The position numbers were made by a program, and so were the translations under genes. 64,000 bases of DNA from Deltaproteobacteria bacterium (GTDB taxonomy: Bacteria; Desulfobacterota; Binatia; UBA12015), in NCBI GenBank assembly GCA_046583355.1, contig JAYGCM010000063.1, forward strand, positions 69,103 to 133,102, read 5' to 3'. The notes beneath the pieces are model-generated. The model was not told the DNA's origin. It made no database searches and saw only the letters and a program-made list of their open reading frames with translations. Numbering within the stretch: the stretch's first letter is position 1; every line of letters begins with the position of its first letter. This document shows positions 58,204 to 64,000 of the stretch, piece by piece.

Positions 58204-59163
58204 ATGAGCTTTACACTTCGCGACGACCAGAAGGCCCTGCAGCAGGGCATCCGTACTTTTTGTGAGGGGCGATTCCCCCAGGGCGACCTGCAGAAAATCG
58301 AGGAATGGAGTTTTGATAGCGCGCTCTGGAGCGAGCTGGCCGAAATGGGTGTCTTCTCGCTGCGCGTGAGCGAGGACGAAGGCGGGCTCGGCCTCGGCAT
58401 GACCGACGCCGCTCTCGTCTTTGAAGAGCTCGGCCGTGCGCTGGTTCCCGGACCGCTCGTCTGGACCCACCTCGCCGCCGGGCTGATCGAAGGTGCCGCG
58501 ACAGGCGAGACGATCGTCGGCGGCATTGACCTCACCAAGGGCCAGGACGAACCGATGATCCTGGAGTATTTCGCCAGCCTCGATGTCGTGCTGCTGCTGC
58601 GCGACGACGGCATCTGGAAGCTCGATGCCGCCGAGATGTCCGGCGAGGCCATCACGACCGCGCTCGACCCGCTCACGCCCGTACACGAGATTGTCAGCAT
58701 GCCCTCGGGCGAATGCTGTGGCGACAGCGGCCAGGCCGAGCGCCTCGGCCTGGAAGGCACCACGCTGACGGCCGCCCTGCAGCTCGGCATCGCCCAGGCC
58801 ATGACCGATCTCTCGGTCGCCTACGCCGGCACCCGCGAGCAATTCAACAAGCCGATCGGAAAATTCCAGGCCGTGAAGCATATGTGCGCCGACTCGTTCG
58901 TGCGCCAGGAGATCGCCCGGGGCGCGGTTTACGGTGCCGCGGCCACCCTGGAACACCCCGAAGTCGGCGACGGCGCACGCGCTGCGTCAGGCGCGAAAAT
59001 CAACGCCGGTGAGGCTGCCATGCGAAACTCGCGCACCTGCATTCAGGTCCACGGCGGCATGGGTTTCACCTGGGAGATCCCCGCGCATTTCTACCTGAAG
59101 CGCGCCTGGGTCCTCGAGAACGCCTTCGGCACCCAGGACGATCACGCCGACCTGCTGGGCTGA
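58204..59163 (+). CDS. Acyl-CoA dehydrogenase (short partner subunit)
   Basis: REQFNKPIGKFQAVKH and QVHGGMGFTWE motifs; GAGGAG RBS. Confidence 0.9.
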   Translation: MSFTLRDDQKALQQGIRTFCEGRFPQGDLQKIEEWSFDSALWSELAEMGVFSLRVSEDEGGLGLGMTDAALVFEELGRALVPGPLVWTHLAAGLIEGAATGETIVGGIDLTKGQDEPMILEYFASLDVVLLLRDDGIWKLDAAEMSGEAITTALDPLTPVHEIVSMPSGECCGDSGQAERLGLEGTTLTAALQLGIAQAMTDLSVAYAGTREQFNKPIGKFQAVKHMCADSFVRQEIARGAVYGAAATLEHPEVGDGARAASGAKINAGEAAMRNSRTCIQVHGGMGFTWEIPAHFYLKRAWVLENAFGTQDDHADLLG

Positions 59164-59206
59164 CCCGGCGTCGGCCCGCGCATGGAGACATTTCTCGTGG
59201 AACAAA

Positions 59207-59257
59207 GCTCCTGAAGGTCCGGCCCCGAACAACCTGTCGGACCGAACCTTCAGGAGC
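59207..59257. terminator. Long hairpin between convergent genes
   Basis: GCTCCTGAAGGT (59207-59218) / ACCTTCAGGAGC (59246-59257), a perfect 12-bp inverted repeat. Confidence 0.6.
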
Positions 59258-59275
59258 CTGCGTGGCAGAAGACTC

Positions 59276-60169
59276 CTAGCGGGGGTTCATTTCGCCGAGG
59301 TGCATGAGCGGCAGCGGGTTCGGGCTGTCGCTGTTGAGGAAGTATATCTTTGCGGCCGGATCCTTCGAAATCGCCTCAAGTGATTTGAGCGCCATCAGCT
59401 TGACGTAGTTCTCGTTGCTGCCGATGGCGGCGTTGAGCTTGGTGATCTCGTAGGCACGTGCATCCGCGAGCACGCGCACCATTTCTGCCTCCTCTTCGGC
59501 CGCCGCGCGCTCGGCCTGGGCCTGAGCGATTTTCTGGTTCTGCTCGTAGCGGAAGCGCTCGAGCTCGGCCTTCTGCTTCTCGACCTCCTGCTCGCGCTCC
59601 TTCTTCTCTTCGATCGCCTTGGCGATGAAGGGCGGCAGCGTGATATCGCGGATCAGAATGGCGCTCACGTGCACGCCTTTGGGTGCGAGGTAGCTCCGCA
59701 GCGAGGTGAGGATCGCGGTCTGCAGCTTCTCCTGCGTCTCCTCGAGAAAGAAATCCTCGGCGCGTTTCACTGTCTTGCCCTGTTCGCGGATCAGCGAGCG
59801 CAGCTTCGGCACGATCTGCACGCGCAATACATCCCGGAGATCGCCGGTTTCCTGCAGGATTAACGGCACCTTTTTGCGGATCAGATGGTATTGCACGCTC
59901 ACATCGACCCGGGTGAGCAGCTGGTCCTGACTCGGCACCTGAGCCTGTTCGAGGTGGGTCTTCTCGCGCACGTCATAAAGAGCGAATTCGTAGAGCGGGT
60001 TGACGGGGATATGCAGCCCCTCCTCAAAGGGAATTTCCTGCACCTCACCGAAGAGAGTCGCAACCGCTACATGCCCGGCCGCGACGCTCTCATAGAAACG
60101 CCGCCCGATTCCGACGGACAGGACGATGAGTGCACCGACGAGCACCGCACTGATAGTAGATTTGTTCAT
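59276..60169 (-). CDS. SPFH/prohibitin family protein
   Basis: N-terminal TM; EGLH..NP; RDITLP...AIEEK; AE-rich coiled coil. Confidence 0.9.
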   Translation of the reverse strand: MNKSTISAVLVGALIVLSVGIGRRFYESVAAGHVAVATLFGEVQEIPFEEGLHIPVNPLYEFALYDVREKTHLEQAQVPSQDQLLTRVDVSVQYHLIRKKVPLILQETGDLRDVLRVQIVPKLRSLIREQGKTVKRAEDFFLEETQEKLQTAILTSLRSYLAPKGVHVSAILIRDITLPPFIAKAIEEKKEREQEVEKQKAELERFRYEQNQKIAQAQAERAAAEEEAEMVRVLADARAYEITKLNAAIGSNENYVKLMALKSLEAISKDPAAKIYFLNSDSPNPLPLMHLGEMNPR

Positions 60170-60258
60170 AAAATTTCTTCCTCCACAGCCATTGGAGCAT
60201 GCCGGCCGCAGAACCGCGAACGCTGCTCTTGAGACGATCGGCAGCCGCTGCCGCGTCG

Positions 60259-60705
60259 CTACTCCTCATCCTCAACGAGTTTGAGTTCGACCGTGCGACC
60301 GTCGGGATCCTGGATATAATACGATTGGCCGTAGCCGGTGGCACCGTAGAGCTGCCCCTCGGCCATCGGTGTGATTCCTGCGGCCCCAAGCCAGGCAACC
60401 ATTTCGCTGGTGTTGATATCGCCCAATGCCAGGCAGAAATGGTCGTAGCGGGAATCGCCCGCGGGAGCCGCGACGGGAACCCCGCCGAGGCCTTCGGTCG
60501 CGACATCCGCATCGAGGATATCGAGCAGGGCGAAGCCTGCGCGTAGCTGATAGAGCCCGGATTCCTTGAGGATCCTCTCCTCAGGCAAGCCGAGAGTATC
60601 GCGGTAGAAGGCCAGTACCTCGTCAATGCGATGGGTGCGCAGAACAATATGATCGATCGCCACGACCTCGAAGGGCGGCGGCTCGGTCGCGTTTGCCATG
60701 CACAC
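60259..60705 (-). CDS. VOC/glyoxalase family protein
   Basis: IDHIVL, DHFCL, YGATG and DPDGRTVELK motifs. Confidence 0.88.
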   Translation of the reverse strand: MCMANATEPPPFEVVAIDHIVLRTHRIDEVLAFYRDTLGLPEERILKESGLYQLRAGFALLDILDADVATEGLGGVPVAAPAGDSRYDHFCLALGDINTSEMVAWLGAAGITPMAEGQLYGATGYGQSYYIQDPDGRTVELKLVEDEE

Positions 60706-60888
60706 CTATTACTCTGCCCCGCACCGCTCCGCGAGGGCTGCGCCTCGGGCCCGGTCAGCCTGCAACCTTCTGTTTCAAGGTGAAACGCGCGCAACCTCAG
60801 GATCGCCGCGTATTGCACAGCGGTGGCCGAAATCGGTCCTGTTTCCGGAGCTTTGCGGGCGGCACGCTTCTGGCGATGAAGGTCGCGC

Positions 60889-61798
60889 ATGAACTCCTCA
60901 TGCCTGGCCTCCTGCGCTCGTCGTCTGGTCTTCGCCGCCTTGTTCTCGTTGCACACGGCGGCCCTCGCGGTGGCGGCACCGGTACCACCGAATATCGTCC
61001 TCATCATCGGAGACGACCACGCCTGGCGTGACGTCGGGTTCCTCGGGCACGCGGTCGCGCTGACGCCAAATCTCGATGCGCTCGCTGCCGCCGGTACCGT
61101 CTTCACCAACGCCCATAATACGGCCAGTGCCTGCCAACCCTCGTTGCAGACGCTGCTCTCGGGCATGCATCCCGTGCAATGGGACGCGCGGCCTGCGCGA
61201 CAATACGCTCATCGTCTACGTCTCCGACAATGGCTGGGAGATCGGGCAGTTCTGGACCGACCGGCGCGGCGGCAAGAGCACCTTGCATGAGCTTGGCGTC
61301 CGCACCCCGCTGATTTTTCAGCTTCCCGGAGTCGTGCCGGCCGGGGCGATGCGAGAAGATATGATCTCGACCGAAGACCTCGTACCTACCCTGCTGGCGT
61401 TCGCCGGGGTCGCAGCGATGCCGGGGCTACCCGGCCGCAGCCTTCATGGCGCGATCACCGCCGGTGCCCCGGTCGGCCGTCGCGTCCTGGTGAGCGAGCA
61501 TCTGCCCCGCGGCGAGATTCCGGGCGGCATCTGGGTGCGGACGCCAGGTTGGCGCTACCTGGGCCACAACGACGGCAGCGAAGAACTCTTCGCTATCGCC
61601 CGCGACCCGGCCGAGGCCCACGATCTCTCCGACCAATATCCAGAGCTATTGCCCTATTTTCGCGCGCAGGCAGCTCTCTGGCGGCGCGATATCCGCAGGG
61701 GCAATCTGGCCCCGCTGGTCTGTCGCGCCGAGAGACGCGACGCGCGCAAATGTTTCCGCAGCCGTTTAGTGCCCGGCCTGCGCGCAGGTGCCCGATGA
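60889..61798 (+). pseudogene. Sulfatase-family gene with internal deletion and frameshift at about 61185
   Basis: First frame PNIVLIIGDD...TPNLD...CQPSL; second frame LRDNTLIVYVSDNG...GK...E.GVRTPLI...DP.E. Confidence 0.82.
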
Positions 61799-61900
61799 AG
61801 CCCGCCGCGACAAACGCCTACACATCGCAGCTTCTGGACGTCGGCAACAAGGTCAGCAATGGTCGTGCCTGGGGAGCCGGCCGTCTGGGCGGGCCGATCG

Positions 61901-62260
61901 ATGGACTCCGTACGAATCGACAAATGGCTCTGGGCCGCACGCTTCTTCAAAACCCGAACGCTCGCGCAACAAGCCTGCACCGGCGGGCATATGAAAGTCG
62001 GCGGGCGCAACGCAAAGCCGGCCCACCCGCTGCGCGTAGGCGAGCGCATCGTAGGCCGTGCGCCGCGCGGAGATATCATCGTCATCGTCACCGCTTTGGC
62101 CGAAAAGCGCGGCTCGGCCAAACTCGCCGCCGAGCTCTTCGAGGACCACTCACCACCGCCACCACCACGACGCGACCCGGGCCCCGTCGAGCGCATCCAG
62201 GGACTCGGCCGCCCGACCAAGGGCGACCGCCGCGCCTTGCGCCGGCTGCGTGGTCGCTGA
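61901..62260 (+). CDS. hslR: Ribosome-associated heat shock protein Hsp15 (S4 domain)
   Basis: RIDKWLWAARFFKTR and GRPTKGDRR motifs. Confidence 0.92.
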   Translation: MDSVRIDKWLWAARFFKTRTLAQQACTGGHMKVGGRNAKPAHPLRVGERIVGRAPRGDIIVIVTALAEKRGSAKLAAELFEDHSPPPPPRRDPGPVERIQGLGRPTKGDRRALRRLRGR

Positions 62261-62350
62261 ACACAAGGTCCGAACGCCTGCGCCGCTTGCCGCAGCGCTC
62301 ACTCAGGAGCCTCTTTTGCAGCCACCGGCCGCATAAGGGAAGAAGAAGGC

Positions 62351-63208
62351 ATGAGTTATGAGACGATCCTCACCGAATTATCCGAAGGCGTATTCACCAT
62401 CACCCTCAACCGCCCCGAGCGGCTGAACGCCTACAACGCCCAGATGTTCCACGACCTGATGGCGGCCTTCGACGAGTCCGACACCAACGACGAGATCCGT
62501 GTCGTGATCATCACGGGCGCCGGCCGCGGCTTCTGCGCCGGCGCCGATCTCGGCGGTGGCGGCAAGACCTTCGACGGGACGCGCGCGAAACGCGAGAACG
62601 AGACACGCGCACCGCGCGACACGGGCGGGCGCAATACATTGCGGATCTTCCAATCTCTCAAACCCGTGATTGCCGCGATCAATGGGCCGGCGGTCGGTGT
62701 CGGTGCCACGCTCACGCTGCCGATGGATATCCGCCTGGCCAGCACGAAGGCCAAAATCGGTTTCGTCTTCGCGCGCCGCGGCATCGTGCCCGAGGCCTGC
62801 AGCAGTTTCTTTCTGCCGCGCGTAGTCGGCATCAATACGGCGATGGAATGGGTGGCGACGGGCCGGGTTTTCCCTGCCAGCGAGGCGCTGCAGCGCGGAT
62901 TGGTCAGCGAGGTTCTGGAACCCGATGCGCTGCTGCCGCGTGCCCGCGAACTCGCGCTGGAAATCGCACGCAATACCAGCGCGCTCTCGGTCGCACTCGC
63001 GCGCCAGATGATGTGGCGCATGCTCGGCGCGACCCATCCGATGGACGCACACCGCCTCGACTCCAACGCGATGTTCCAGATGGGCCGCAGCGCCGACGCC
63101 AAAGAAGGCGTGACGAGCTTCCTGGAGAAACGCGCAGCGGAGTTTCCGGGCAAGGTCTCGACCGACCTGCCCGAAATCTTCGAGGACTGGCCCGACCCGG
63201 CGTACTGA
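62351..63208 (+). CDS. Enoyl-CoA hydratase/isomerase family protein
   Basis: LNRPERLNA, FCAGADL, AINGPAVGVG and GIVPE motifs. Confidence 0.93.
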   Translation: MSYETILTELSEGVFTITLNRPERLNAYNAQMFHDLMAAFDESDTNDEIRVVIITGAGRGFCAGADLGGGGKTFDGTRAKRENETRAPRDTGGRNTLRIFQSLKPVIAAINGPAVGVGATLTLPMDIRLASTKAKIGFVFARRGIVPEACSSFFLPRVVGINTAMEWVATGRVFPASEALQRGLVSEVLEPDALLPRARELALEIARNTSALSVALARQMMWRMLGATHPMDAHRLDSNAMFQMGRSADAKEGVTSFLEKRAAEFPGKVSTDLPEIFEDWPDPAY

Positions 63209-63269
63209 GCATCCATGCCTGCGCGGCAAAGGCCTTGAGAGCCTGCCGCCGCGCAGACCCAAGGTTCTC

Positions 63270-64000
63270 TCAGCTCTCTGCCGGCACCCAGACGCCGTGG
63301 AAACCGTAGGGGACACGCTGCGGAAGCTCGACCTCCGCGATCGGGCCGCGCGTGTGATCCATGGCTTCGAAGATCGCCAGAGTACTTGAGGTGGTCGCGG
63401 TGTCGTAGGTATAGCACATGATGTAGCCCTCCCCTTCGCCCGCACCGGTCGCAACAAAGAATGGCTCGGAGACGTGGCGACCCGGCTCGGGCGTCCAGAG
63501 TTTCTTCTCGCCGGTGTCGTAGTTCAGGTAGCCGATGCCCCCGATCTCGACCCCGACCGGGTGGTCGCGGAACTCGGTATGCCAGCTGTGCTGATATTTG
63601 CGGCCGGTGAAGCGGCGGTCGTGCGCGGCGAGATCCCAGCTCTCGTAGCCGACGATCTCTTCGCGGAAGCTGAGCTCCTCGCCGGAGGTATCGATGATCC
63701 AGCGGGTCAGACGATCCTCGCCCGATGCGAGGTCGGTATTGTTGAAGACCTCGGCGAGGCGATGCACATCGATGACGACCTCATCGCCGCGGCGGAAGGC
63801 GTTGACCTCGTGAAAGACGTAGCAGGGGTCGATCTCCACCCAGCGGATCTCGCTGCCGGGACGACCGAAAGGCAGGATGCCGATCCGCGCACCGTACTCC
63901 TGCGTCCAGACAAAAGCATCGATCGGATTCTCGATTGCATTCGCGAAATTGAAGAGCACCGGACACTCCCAGAAGACGGCCTCACGGTCGGTAATCGCGA
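63270..64000 (-). CDS. Carotenoid/lignostilbene cleavage oxygenase family, 5' part outside the window
   Basis: YVFHEVNAF, SEPFFV, EGY and RVPYGFHG motifs. Confidence 0.9.
   Translation of the reverse strand, partial: AITDREAVFWECPVLFNFANAIENPIDAFVWTQEYGARIGILPFGRPGSEIRWVEIDPCYVFHEVNAFRRGDEVVIDVHRLAEVFNNTDLASGEDRLTRWIIDTSGEELSFREEIVGYESWDLAAHDRRFTGRKYQHSWHTEFRDHPVGVEIGGIGYLNYDTGEKKLWTPEPGRHVSEPFFVATGAGEGEGYIMCYTYDTATTSSTLAIFEAMDHTRGPIAEVELPQRVPYGFHGVWVPAES

Overview
GC-rich, gene-dense bacterial chromosomal window. It is diderm-like (TolC/CusBA, MltA, lipoproteins). Its F420-type LLM enzymes, paired acyl-CoA dehydrogenases, P450 and carotenoid oxygenase suggest a Binatota/deltaproteobacterial-type lineage, but that is inference only. 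About 55 CDS were found, with no rRNA, tRNA, CRISPR array, integrase or transposase. Ordinary blocks: lipid/aromatic catabolism, a CusCBA-type metal efflux operon, Lhr helicase, selA-selB, PpiC, VKOR-DsbA, ArsC, MltA, LOG, SPFH and Hsp15. The best candidate for an undescribed system is at about 0.6-4.2 kb. There an HTH-WYL-WCX regulator sits 9 nt upstream of a DUF3293 gene, facing a second DUF3293 paralog and a string of microprotein ORFs. One of those ORFs lies behind a palindrome plus TGTCTA-N10-TA-N3-T element with the geometry of PafBC-activated promoters. Other notable items are a three-gene GT-C/PMT glycosylation locus with a duplicated CBM-like domain, a degenerate sigma54-type AAA+ regulator, a decayed toxin-antitoxin pair, and a sulfatase with an internal deletion. 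All family calls come from motif recognition by eye; no searches were run.
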